Shown: in pieces, positions 12,282 through 23,554 of the stretch
Layout: each line of letters begins with the position of its first letter
How positions within the stretch are numbered: the first letter of the stretch is position 1
Assembly: GCA_008632985.1 (NCBI GenBank)
Contig: QPGO01000071.1
Span: forward strand, 359,516 to 403,306
Length of the DNA: 43,791 nt
Direction: 5' to 3'
From: Psammoneis japonica
Lineage: Eukaryota
Notes under the pieces: generated by a model
Database searches by the model: none
Told to the model about the DNA's origin: nothing
Seen by the model: only the letters and a program-made list of their open reading frames with translations
Program-made: the position numbers and the translations under genes

Positions 12282-14957
12282 CTAGAGTTTTCGAATTACG
12301 CTCAACCCATCTCTCATGGGGAGAACCATCACTTCCACACGGTCGTCCTTGACAATTGCAGAATTGAAGCGATGCATCTTCATTGCGAGCTTCCGTGCTC
12401 GTCGTCCCTTTTTCTTTTGCTGTTCACTCTCTCCATCAACCGCCGGCTCCTTACCCCCATTGTTGGCCTGCAAGACGAGTCCCTTCCACAACACATTATC
12501 TACAACAATCAAGCCTCCCTTTTTCAGGACAAAATCATTTGACACGCAAGCCTCTACGTAATCCAACAATCTCGTCTTGTCAGCATCGACAAACACCATA
12601 TCAAATGGTTCCGGTGGATTCTCCATTTCAATGCGTTCTGTTACCATTTCCTCAATTGTAGCCAAAGCATCAGTCACTCGAAGGACCTCACAGCCTACGA
12701 GATCTTGGTAAGTTAGAAAGATAGAATCTTCTTCGACTTGAGGGACGCCTAGACTCGGAGAACAAAGACAAGATGGAACGTGAGTTTGTAGAAAACGCAC
12801 TGCTACAGCATACACATGTAGCTAGTACACATACCTTGTCCGTCCTTACTTCGTAAGCTGCAAGCGGCTTTTGAAGCGTCTTGTCCCGTCGCGGTTCCCA
12901 AATCCGACATGACTTGTAAGTGAGCAACAGCCAGATTGATGGCACGCCCATCTCGTTCCATGGTTTGTACAAACGGACCAGCTTGCCGTCCACCAGCCAC
13001 AGCAGAACTACTAGCGGAAGCTACAGAAGCAGCGCCTTCGACCAAGCATGCAGTGGCATATCCTGTAAACGTCCCGATTTCTAAAATTCGACCATGTGTC
13101 GTCATGCTAGCTAGCAGCTTTAAAAATTGCCCTTGTGCTGCACCCGAAACCATGTGAGAGCCCGTGGGTAAATAGGCTCGCGTATTGTGTTCCATCTCCT
13201 CATAAAACGATGGCGTCGGTGTCGAATGCCCTGAACTGTAGTCTTCCAGTGTATGGTATTCCACCAACTTGTCTTCGGCAGATGCATCTTGTGGGTTTTG
13301 TTTTTGTTCGAGAACGCCTCGCTTGGACGACATGAAATTGTTCCTTCCCATGATGCGCTGCTTACAAGCATCAGAGCAAGTCCCATGATATGCGGTGCGA
13401 CAAGTTTCACATTGGATCATGCGCAAGTGACAGCTTGGGTTTTGACAGTTCGAAACCAAAGATGTTTTTGCGCCGCATGTGTGGCACTCACCCAATTCAT
13501 CCTTGGTGATTTGTCGAGACAAGCGTCCATCAAAGACAAAGTTGGTACCCTTGAACAAACTTTCGTCATTTTGCTTTTCTTGAGAAATCGTCCGGTCGTA
13601 TGCAATGATTCCTCCAGCGAGCCTGTTCACATTTGTGAAATTCATTTCTTGCTTGAGGTACGCACCAACCTTGACACAACGGATCCCACCCGTACAGTAG
13701 GTATAAATGGGAGCATCTTTGGGTGCATCCTTTAATCTCTCCTCAAGCACTTGCCACGAATCCCGAAAGTTCTCTGTATCCAATGGCTCTGCACCGACAA
13801 AGGTTCCCACCGAACTCTCGTACAAGTTGCGACAATCCAACAATATCGATTCGTCGTCTTGGTTCTTGAGAGATTCGTGCCATTCCAGGGGTGGCATGTC
13901 GTATCCTGCATCCGACCAATCCAATGCCTTGGGTAGTCCATCCGCAACAATTTGATTTCGAACACGCACGTGCAAATTGGTAAAGGGCGCTTCTTCTTGT
14001 ACAGAAAGCGGTTCGGGATCTACATTGATTCCGTTTTCCATCTTGCTTCCCAATTCTGGTATTTCTTCTTGACAATAGCGTATAAATTCCGGCAAAACAT
14101 TGGTGGGAACACTCATTTGAGCGTTAATGCCTTCAGTGGGTGACACATAGATGCGTCCCAGGGCGGAAAAGGGTTTGAATTTGCCCTTGAGAGAGTGTGC
14201 AAAATCGTGTGGTTTGGGAATCTCGCCAAAGGCATAAAAGGAAATCATGGTGATAGTGGATGAGTCGGATGGATTTGCCATGTTTTGAATGTAATCAGGA
14301 ACTTGTTCTGGTGGTGGGGCATTGGGGTCTTTGGATATGAACAGGTTTAGAGTTGGTCGTTTCAATTCTTGGTCATGTTGTTGATCATCAAAATAGTTGA
14401 GAGCCTTGAGAAAGGTATCCGTAACATCCTCATCGGTTTCAACTGTCCATGTTTCGTTCATATTACTCCCCGATGGTAAGGACGCCGACATGCAATAGGT
14501 TCCTTTTCGTAAACACCGAAAAAATGCGTGTAATTCTTGTTTCAGATCGGCAATTGTCTGTGTCTTGACCTGGCGATCGCTTAGAATGGGAACAAATAGC
14601 CGCCCCCGTCGTTCTCGTCCATTCAGCTTCAACTCCTTGCGCAACTCGGGACATACTGACACTCTCACGGCCACCAATTCTTGTTGTTGCTGTTGCACAA
14701 CCTGTTTCAGTTCCAAGTGACGCTGTACTACTGCAAGTGTCGATTTTTCCCGTGCCTGCCTTTTTGCTCGTGCGTTCTGTATTTCTTCTTGTACCAAATC
14801 TTGATTGGATTTTAAAAACGACGAAAACAGTGTGATCGTCTTCGAAAGGTCGTGATGAAGACAAGATTCGACTCGAGCGCGAAACAAAGCCTGAAACAAA
14901 CATTGTTCTTCGAAAAAGTACAGCTCCAACAAGTAATCGTATCCAGAATAGCGTCAT
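12282..14957 (-). CDS. trhO: Fusion protein: putative plastid-targeting leader + PB1-like region + TrhO/YceA (UPF0176) rhodanese-type tRNA U34 hydroxylase + C-terminal class I O-methyltransferase (Methyltransf_3, CCoAOMT/TrmR-like); intron 12749-12834; apparent +1 indel near 14850
   Basis: TrhO motifs: SFYAF, GRIYVSPTEGINAQ, LLDCRNLYESSVGTF, YCTGGIRC, LAGGIIAY, FKGTNFVFDGR and the Cys-rich CHTC..NCQNPSC..QCETC..CSDAC tail. O-MT motifs: QGQFLKLL, ILEIGTFTGYA, FDMVFVDADK, GGLIVVDNVLWKG, LPMRDGL. The leader MTLFWIRLLVGAVL...VSG-FVSRSSR is in another frame (ORF starting 14957). Confidence 0.88.
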
Positions 14958-15234
14958 GACGACGACGACGAGCTTTCTCTATCAGCCTCTTTTATATCAG
15001 TAACGTTTTAATCAGGCGAGCTTAGGGAAGCTTATGAGTAACGTGAATTCTTTTGTGGTTTCTGTTGTGTGTCCAAGCCGAAAGCTTTCACTGATAAAGA
15101 AAAGAATCCGAATTTTCGTTTTTAACGGCGTTGGAGGGAGTCTCGCGCAAAAAAAGATCGTGATTCCCTGTTGTGGTGAGAGACCGAGAAAATTTCTCCA
15201 GAACTGCTGACCAAGGGAATCTGGATGATTACTT

Positions 15235-15540
15235 CTAACTAACTAACTAACTAACTATCTATCTACCACTGCTCTCTACTACCCTAGCTAGAGTAGAGAG
15301 AGGTCACAGTAGAGTAGAGCTAGCCACTCTCTCTAGCTAGAGCTAGCTCTACTGGCCACTCTCTCTGCTCTAGAGAGAGCAGAGAGTGGGGGCTTCTTGC
15401 CCTGCCTGTCCGCCCGGCCAGTCGGAACCGCAGAAGAGCTGTGCCGGCATGGCACGGCAGGCCTCTCTAGAGAGTAGAGCCAGTTGGTCACCAAATCTTT
15501 TACTACCCAACATGTGTTCAAGATGCTGTTCCTCTAGTTT
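15235..15540. repeat. (CTAA)5/(CTAT)2 microsatellite followed by a CTAG/AGAG/CTCT-rich low-complexity patch with an 11-bp perfect hairpin (15361-15386)
   Basis: Read directly: ctaactaactaactaactaactatctatcta; repeated CTAGAG, GTAGAG and CTCTAG; stem CTCTCTGCTCT-agag-AGAGCAGAGAG. Confidence 0.8.
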
Positions 15541-15646
15541 TCAATGTTCCAATGAGCTCGTTTCGAGAATGAACCATCAATGATCTTTTCCAGCCAATGC
15601 ATCTTCCTCCTTGCATCCACAGCATCCCTGAAGAAACAAGACAAGT

Positions 15647-16330
15647 CTAACCACGGTTGCGCCTGCGCTTCCAGATGTCAGCTGCAGCATGAGAAAGCTC
15701 AAACGATTCCACAAACAAAACAACGCTGTCAAAACGATGGCGTCCACCAAAAAACTTCCTCGCTCGGAAATTGCGTTTCGAACTCAAACAAGACATCGCG
15801 CTTGCTTGCACAGTGCGACAACACATGTGCACTGCCAGTGGCGTTTCCGGAATTGCTGCAAATCATGAGATCATGGGCATTGCAAGACACCACATCACCA
15901 ACCAATTCATGGCAATCGCGTTCATGCTGTTGCGGTGCTTCCCTGTGAGACCGCCAGAACAGGTCAACAACTGGGGGGGCTGTGGCTTTTCCTTCCAAGT
16001 CATGATGATCAAAGAGTCTTGCTGACCACCGCTGTTGCCATGCTTTTCAGATGCAATGGCTTCAACCGCCTTGACCACAAGAAATTGACGGCATTCATTT
16101 GCTGCCAGTTCGGCGAAAACCTCGAAAGAACCACCATGCTCTTGCATTGCTGGCGAATGCCCAGCAAGTGAGGGGCGCTCTTCTTGCCAAATGGCTGCTG
16201 GAGAACAAGATGAGTGTGCCAGCAAAGTGTGAGCAAAAGCTGAGTCACCGGCACAGCTGCTGGCACGCAGCAGCTTGTCAGATTGTTTCCAAGCTGACAA
16301 ACAAGGCTTCAGCCACTCCATGAACAATGG
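15647..16330 (-). pseudogene. Degenerate paralog of the GRDP-like (DUF1399-type) domain of the gene at 23555-25182
   Basis: Fragments ECRQFLVVKAVEAIASEKHG, WKEKPQP, VDLFWRSHREAPQQHERDCHELVGD, CASKRDVLFEFETQF and FGGRH align with EYRQFLLVKAVETIASCKYG, WKEKCQP, VDLFWHAHMQAPQQYAIDCHCLIGD, YASKRDAVFAFEKQF and FGGRRH. Several frameshifts. Aligned Tyr residues are Cys or His. Confidence 0.88.
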
Positions 16331-16400
16331 CAGATGTGCTGCCCGTTGTTGTGTGCTGCTGGCGCGCACTTTGTTGAAGCACCCAGCCACAATGCACTGA

Positions 16401-16511
16401 CGATGATGACCCAATGGGCTGGGTGATGCTGGGGTGTGAGGACAGGCTTCTTGAGCGATGATGACCCAATGGGCTGGGTGATGCTGGGGTGTGAGGACAG
16501 GCTTCTTGAGC
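16401..16511. repeat. Perfect 55-bp tandem duplication (2 copies)
   Basis: CGATGATGACCCAATGGGCTGGGTGATGCTGGGGTGTGAGGACAGGCTTCTTGAG at 16401-16455 and 16456-16510. Confidence 0.92.
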
Positions 16512-19321
16512 ACTCAGAGAGTTGCGTCTCCAAGATGAAAATGGCGTTTCACTGACTTTGCTTTCCATTTTTGAAGTTCACAATGTTGTTTTTATTTTCA
16601 ACAACATTTTGTGGAGTTTTGGCGAGTTTTAAGTTTTTGCACCAGCCCTCATTTGTTCCGTGCACAAGTCAAAAAATGATCGCGACTCCGTTTTGTGGTG
16701 TGGAAAACAACGATGAGCTCAACAACAACCGCTTTTAGCAGGTGCCGCAGAGAGGAAGGAATCCAATGTTTGAATGCTGCAGTTTGTTTTCACAGCAGAA
16801 TTGGGACCCACCAGGCAGGACATTGATGGACCAGCTGCACTCTCATGGTTCGGCCACTTGAGTTGTTCACCTCCTCATGGGAAGGGGCCGGAGAGGTGTC
16901 TTGCAGTCACGTGAAAGGTGCATTTCAACCAAGTCTAATGTGCCATTCAGAGCCTCTCAGAAGACATTGTTTTTTGGAATTTTGAAAAAATGGGAGCTTG
17001 TTGTTGGTTGGCGAAAGGAGAAGCAAATGGAGAGTGATTTTTCAAACCGGCTGGATGGGTCTGATTTTCATGGACCAAGTCCAATGCATGAAGATGGACA
17101 AGGGATTGATGGTTTTGAGCTTGTGTTGATGTCATGACGCAGAGAACACTGATCATGAAGTTGAGACCAAATTTGAGAAAAAGACCTTGTGACATGCCAC
17201 ACGACTGCATGAAAGCAAAAACATTTCCAAAATGGTGATTTTGTTGCCATTCACTCATGTTGTGCAGCAGAGCAAAAGAGATGTTTTGGAGGGGAGTCAA
17301 TCTCGTTTTCAAGACAGAAGGCATCAAAGGTCACTTCCTGAAAAAGTGTTCTTTTTGACAACAATGCATGTGGGGAGTTGTGAGAATTGCTCGTGAATGC
17401 AGTGAAGTGTGATGATGTGATGCCAAGTTCCCAATCGTAATTTTGAAAGGCTGTGCGGCGGCATTGTGATGACCCACTCACAGATGAACAAAAATTGCCT
17501 TTGTTTTGACATGGCTCATTGCAACTTGTCATTGTGACAACCAAAAGAGCATTTCATTCATTCTTTTCCTTTGACAAAAATGTTGCAAATCACAGGAAGA
17601 GTTTTCTGATTGGCCAAAACCATTTTTAACCAGAATGCTCAATGACAAAAAAATGCTCAAGCCCCATGTGATGATCACTTGAGCCCCTAAAACTGACACC
17701 ACCACCCACCTGTGCATGTGTTGTGATTGTGATCAACACAGTCCCTGCCACTGTGTTCACACTGGCAAAAGACAAAACAGCGTCAGGCAACAGGATGCCT
17801 GCAGCCAATGGCACAAACATTGAAACCCTCATCACTTTGTCAAAAGCACAGCTCAAAAATGTGGCACATGGAAAAAGAGCTTTGTGCTTGCACGCCATGA
17901 GCATGCTTTGCAGTTTGATCCCCCACCAGTTTGTTCTGTCATGCTTTTCAGTGCCTCACTGTGATTCGTGACATCTGTGTGTGGTTTTAAATTGCACAGA
18001 AGGTTCCACTGCTCTGCATTGCCTGAAACTCCTTTATGATGTGGCCCACTTCCATGCGCACACTCCATGCTTGTGTTCCTTCAGCACCTTGTTCAAATCA
18101 TCAGCTTCTCCAATGCATGCCAAACTTTGATGACAAGCACAAGGCAGAACACAGCAACAACAAAACTCTTTTGCAGGGGTGCAGCTGGTGCATCTGGGGA
18201 GCAGGTGATGTGCTTTTCACAGTGCTCCTGTTCACTTGTTTCAAGATCATGCACATGACCCAGTTTGAGTCATCTCCAGTGATTTTGCTCACACCAGTTT
18301 GCAGCATGGCCCCTGCTTTCACTTGCAAAGCCAGCCCCGCCAGCGTGGAAATGAGCTCTCTTGTTGTTTTTCTTCATGAGCAAAAACAGCTCAGCAGCAG
18401 CTTTGCTTTGAGCAAGAGGTCTGCTTCTGGGAACTGCTGTCTGGCTTTGTTGGGTTGGTTGTGACTGCAGCTTTTCAAAGAGCAAGCTGGTGTGTCTGGG
18501 TTGCCACCTGGTGCTGCCCCCCAAGCTGCAGCTGCTGTCCACACAGCACCACAGCACAAACTGGGTGAAGGAAAGTCCTTGAGAAACTGGTCATTTCATG
18601 TCAAAATTGCACCTGGACTTTGCTTCTCTCAACTGCTTGGATGTCAAAATTGAGCCCTTTGCAAAACAAACAACCAGAGCTTGTTCCAGTGAGTGGACCA
18701 AGCCAGGGTTTCTCTTCTGACCCAGCAAGGCTCACCTCTTTGCTTTTCATTTCACATTTGGCTTTCAGCACAAGAATCTTTGTGGCTTGACTTCACCTCT
18801 TTTGACACTGTGTGACTTGCGTGGCTCTCAAACTTGACCTTCCTTCCACAAAACTTGCAGTTCATGCCAACCATGGAGCTGTCTGCGAATGCATTTCTTG
18901 CCCCCCCCTGACTTCAAGCTGCTCAGGTTGCACCAAATTGAAGGAATGTTCCAGACCTCCAGGAGGCACAATGCTGCAGCTGGCACTCGCCTGTTTTGGG
19001 CCCTTCTTTCTGAGTTTGTCAACAGCCAACCAGAGTGCCAGCAACACTCAACATTTGCCACACCACAGCAACATGCCTGTCACCTTGCTCTGCTGCCCCC
19101 CTCCTTGCCCACGTCATTCCATCACCTTTTTCCATCAATCGTGTGCCCACCCACCACCTTTCCTCTTTCTGTGGCCGCCGAAGTCTGCGCGCAACTTGTC
19201 AATGCTTCAATCACGAGCTCCACTGTTTGTAAATCTATCACTTTCTTTTTGCGCGCACCATGCCGCTCCTGCCTCCTGCGCTGCCAGCCTGCCAGCTCCA
19301 CATTCTGTTTTCGACCCAACC

Positions 19322-20901
19322 ATGACAAACACCGCCGCTGCAACGACCCCGCCGCCGCCATCCACCACACCGGCTTCTCCCGACGGTCCACCATTGGAAA
19401 TTGGTGATGTCTGTATGGTCATATGGAGAGACGGTCAAGAAGAATTGCTCGCCAGCATTGTCGAACGCCGATCCTTACGAAAAAACAAAAAGGAACTCTC
19501 CGACGAAACAGCGCAAGAGGTGGAATACTATGTTCACTATGTGCATCACGATCGACGTCTCGATGATTGGATTACTCTTGATAAGTTTCGATTGGAAACG
19601 CTTCGCCGAAAATCAGAACAGCCTGCTCCACCGACCAAGTCGTCGGGTCCTGGCAAACGTGGCACGAGACGAAGCAACAGCAGCGATAGCATCGGATCGA
19701 TATCACGTAAGCAAGCCAAACTCAGTCCGGAATCAGAAGATGGCGAGACGAATGCGCTTTCTATTGACACGTCGGCGGACTTTTTCTATCACGGCGGCAA
19801 TTGGCACGGCAGCAGCATGACCAATGATCCGACTCTGCAACAATTGGAAAAGGAGCACGAGGAAATCACCCGAGTCAAGAATATTCCTCGCATCGTTATG
19901 GGTTCGTACGAAGTGGAAGCGTGGTACTTTTCACCCTATCCCGCCGAATTTGCCACGGGCAAACGCTTGTACGTTTGTGACTATTGTTTGAAGTACATGC
20001 GTCACTCCAAAACGTACAAGCACCACATTGCGACGTGCCCCTGCCGTTGTCCACCCGGTAAAGAAATTTACCGCGAAGACACCACGTCGGTGTATGAAGT
20101 CAATGGCAAGGATCACCCTGTCTATTGTCAAAACTTGTGTCTGCTGGCCAAACTATTTTTGGATCACAAGACACTCTATTACGATGTGGATCCGTTCTAT
20201 TTTTACATTGTGACTCAAACCAACGAGTTGGGTGCTCATATTGTGGGATACTTTTCCAAAGAGAAAGTGAGTCGTTGTATGGAGGTGATTTGTTGTTATC
20301 GACATGTCTCTAGTGAATACTTATACTCATCTTATGCCTTTCCGTGTCGTTCTCAATTCTGCTCAGGTCTCTGCTGAGGACTACAATTTGGCATGCATCT
20401 TGACCTTTCCCCAGTACCAGAAGCTTGGCTATGGCAAATTCATCATCAGTCTGTCGTATGAATTGTCCAAGCGCCAAAACAAGGCGGGAAGTCCCGAAAA
20501 ACCGCTGAGTGATTTGGGCAAAATTTCCTATCGCAGCTACTGGACCCACGTCTTGTTGCATTTGCTGCACAAGGAAAATCTCGAAACGATTTCCGTCAAG
20601 GAAATATCTCAGAAAACAGCCATTAAACCAGAAGACATTATTAGCACGCTGCAGTCTCTAAACATGATCCAGTGCTGGAAGGGACAGCATGTGATTTATG
20701 TCAAGCAAGATATTTTGCAAGACTACATGAAGCAAAAGTGAGTAACAACACGAGGTGTCTCTTACGCAATACCAATCATCGAAACTTGACTCACGCCATT
20801 CCGTTTTGTTTTCTAATCATTGCAGCAAACGTATTCGCTTGTGTAATCCAAAATATCTCAAGTGGGAGCCGAATGGCGGCAAAATCAAGAGTGATTCTTG
20901 A
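19322..20901 (+). CDS. MYST-family histone acetyltransferase (Tip60/Esa1/MOF-like) with Tudor-knot chromo-barrel; exons 19322-20266, 20367-20737, 20826-20901
   Basis: [16 protein letters not shown] (Tudor-knot); [18 protein letters not shown]2HC zinc finger, [58 protein letters not shown]. Two GTGAGT...CAG introns keep the phase. Confidence 0.95.
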
Positions 20902-21134
20902 GGGTGGGAAACTACGGATGTACGTACGAGGAAAGCGCATGTTAGGGGCATTTTAGGCAAAGATGGCCGCAGAGTTAGCCACTTTACGAGTATGATATTA
21001 TGTAACGCGGCCCTACATGTACTTAAAGTGAAAGCGAAAACTATGTACTGTAGTGATCTGCTAGTGTTAACAGCGCATGCCTACGGTATTTCGTAAGAAT
21101 TTGTTAGAGACGGCTTTTAGTGTAGTATTCAAAT

Positions 21135-22554
21135 CTAGAGTGGCCGCTCGGGGCATTCCAGAAGCCCCCATTTTTCTCGATGTTTTCCAGTGCAATCGAT
21201 ACCACCGATTCGAATCGGAAACAACCCAAAGCCACCAATTCCTCTACTTATGCACTTGGCCTTGGACATTAACAGCAAGTCGACAAAGGAGGGATAATAC
21301 TCGGACACATTATGGCTGGGATCGTAGTAGTCGACATGAAGGGTGTCGTTGCTTCGGTTGGAAGCAACAATTGTCAAATCTTTATTTCTATGCTCTTGTT
21401 GTTGTTGGATCATGTATTGGACAGCATCGTTGGTGTCAGACACAACGTAGATTGGCAGTCCTGGTGCGAGGCTAGCAGCGCATTTCACAGCGTTTGTCAC
21501 AACCGACACTATGAATTCTTTCGCCTTGCCTTCAAACACCACCCCGCCTCTCAAGTCAACTAAATTGTTCCCGTATCCTTTACCGTAAACGCCGAGTTGA
21601 ACATCCTCGGGTACGCCGGTTGGTGCCTTGGCACGTACATGGGCAGCTACAAAGTTTCCTGGCGTAATATTCATTCTAGACATTTCCTTCGACATTTCAT
21701 TTGCAACCGCAGGGGAAGGTTCAAAGAAGAGTCGAAATATGTGCTGAAACAAATCGTAGTTGGAGGGCACAGTAACATTGGGCCTCTGAACAACGTTTCG
21801 GTTTGGAACAATTTCTGACAGTGCTACTCCATTATATGTGTGAAAGTGGTCATTCCACCGTTTTATTATAAAGCCTCCTCTTGCCAGAACGCTCTGAAAA
21901 ACAGCAAACAAAAAGAAAGAGAGTCCCGTTGTTTCAGTTGGAGGTATGAAAAAATTGTAGAGCTTCGCTCACGGCACTTACCAAAACCCGTTGATTATTC
22001 CATGAAGGGTGAGTCGCGACACATTCCAGGTAATCAGAGACCCCTTCTTGGTAGCAGAAACCATTGAAAAAGGTGTCTGGATCCTTTATTTCCTGTAGAG
22101 TCACATTTGTATTTGACACTCTCCAATCAACCCCCCCTACTGGTGGTAATAGAAATTCTTCCAAGTGCGCTGGCTTTTCCCAATAAATCAACAAGACACG
22201 GCGGGTGGCGTTGGCCAGCAAAAGGTAAAAGGGCAGGGGCTTGAGCCGATCAGAAACGCCACCACATTTTTCATTCGCCAAGCACCGAACCACGAGGTAT
22301 TTTGTTTCATTTGTAGGAAATCGACGCTGTTCTGCATGCCAATCTATGTAATCCTCCATCCAAACAGGGACAATAGATTTGGAATGTTTCAGTAGAAGTG
22401 CATTCTGATTTTCGATCAACGAAATTTCTTCGGTTTGGCTAATGAATTGTCGATTCATGTAAAAAGAGCCGAAGAGCAGCGACGTTATTCCTTGAAGTAG
22501 AACTACAACAATCACGAGGAAGGGGAACTTGGAAGAACATAAGAACTGCCTCAT
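21135..22554 (-). CDS. Type II membrane fucosyltransferase-like glycosyltransferase (O-FucT/GT23/NodZ-like GT-B fold); exons 22554-21982, 21893-21135
   Basis: N-terminal TM helix (FLVIVVVLLQGITSLLF); CGGVSDRL; VAAHVR; IYVVSD; FVDLLLMSKAKC..G.GGFG. Phase-0 intron 21894-21981 (GTAAGT...CAG). Confidence 0.78.
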
Positions 22555-23554
22555 GAATCTCACTTTCGTTCTGAATTAGTCTGTAGGCTGTAGAGGTGTG
22601 GCTCGAAAAAACACGTGATTTACGTTGGAGTCAGTGTCGCAATCTGAAAGCTTAGGCTCTCAACTCTTCATAAACATCTATCGCTTAATCCTGTGGACGG
22701 TTCGACCAGAAAAGGACGAACAAGCAATGTTACCGTACGGCATTCGGTTCGACGGGTGCGCCATTGTGATTTTCGCACGCGAGGAATCCAAATTTTCAAA
22801 TCCAACGGCATGCGTCCGTTGAGACGTGCATCCGGGTGCTTTTACTGGAATAATCCGGTGTTTGTTGATCACGTTTTCTTTTGCACAACGCATTAGGCTA
22901 CCGTACATACACATTACATTGCATGTTGCATTGGTTGTGTCTTGTATTCTTTCCTTCTTCATAAAGCAGGCATCTGAGAGGGCGGCCAGAAAACAATGAT
23001 CCGACGAGGCAGGGAGCTGCGCCCTCTCTAGTAGTCGCGCTCGATTCACGAAGTTCTCCTCAACAACCGCCCGAAGCGTGTTTACAAACTAGCGCCTGTA
23101 CCTAAGGCCACCTACGCATCGGTTTTTTGTCATGGTCAACAAGGTTCAGCAAAAAAATTCCGCAAAAGTACCGGACATGGCATGATGTGGCAATGGAACT
23201 TTCTCTTAGCTAGTCCCACCGTCCAATATTTTCAATAACGAGAAGTTCGTGTTTTGTAACATTTTTTCACTAGGAACGACGAGGTCGATAGGTAATAAAT
23301 AGTTCGTAAGTGAGATTCCTTAAATCCCTTGAAACCATCATTGCCTGCCGCTAAAAAAGGAATCGCGATCTTTTTTCGAACGGCGGAAGAAAATCTCTGT
23401 TCCTGTCATTTTTCCCGCGCAATGCTGCTCTTTGCTCTTGCTACACCGCATTGTCCATTCTGCTGCTCGTGAACTACAAACAGCAAGTGCAATCTTTGCC
23501 TCTACACTTTCCGTTTGCATTGAACACGGTTCAAGGAGAAGTCGACTGCCGAGA

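Larger units (their letters stand above)
15560..19200. other. TpA/CpG-depleted hypermutated domain 3 (left part keeps CpG but lacks TpA)
   Basis: Hand count for 15661-16200: 0 TpA and about 26 CpG. Further right both dinucleotides are scarce. ORFs are Tyr-free. Confidence 0.88.

Noticed and set aside
14890..14920. 31-nt GT-AG intron that would join the TrhO leader to the main ORF
   Set aside because: Far shorter than the other introns here (82-145 nt), with no branch point, and it would delete the SG-F cleavage motif. A 1-nt indel is more parsimonious, though this is not excluded without cDNA.
15235..15266. Interstitial telomeric repeat
   Set aside because: The unit is CTAA/CTAT, not CCCTAA. 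It is an ordinary short microsatellite.
16401..16511. CRISPR-like array
   Set aside because: Two directly adjacent 55-bp units with no spacers, in a eukaryotic context with no cas genes.
18812..19321. 170-aa N-terminal extension of the MYST ORF (similarly 4308-4565 for RsfS)
   Set aside because: Both start at non-ATG codons. The MYST extension runs through stop-depleted domain 3 and the RsfS one overlaps the divergent gene's start. The ATGs at 19322 and 4566 give normal proteins.
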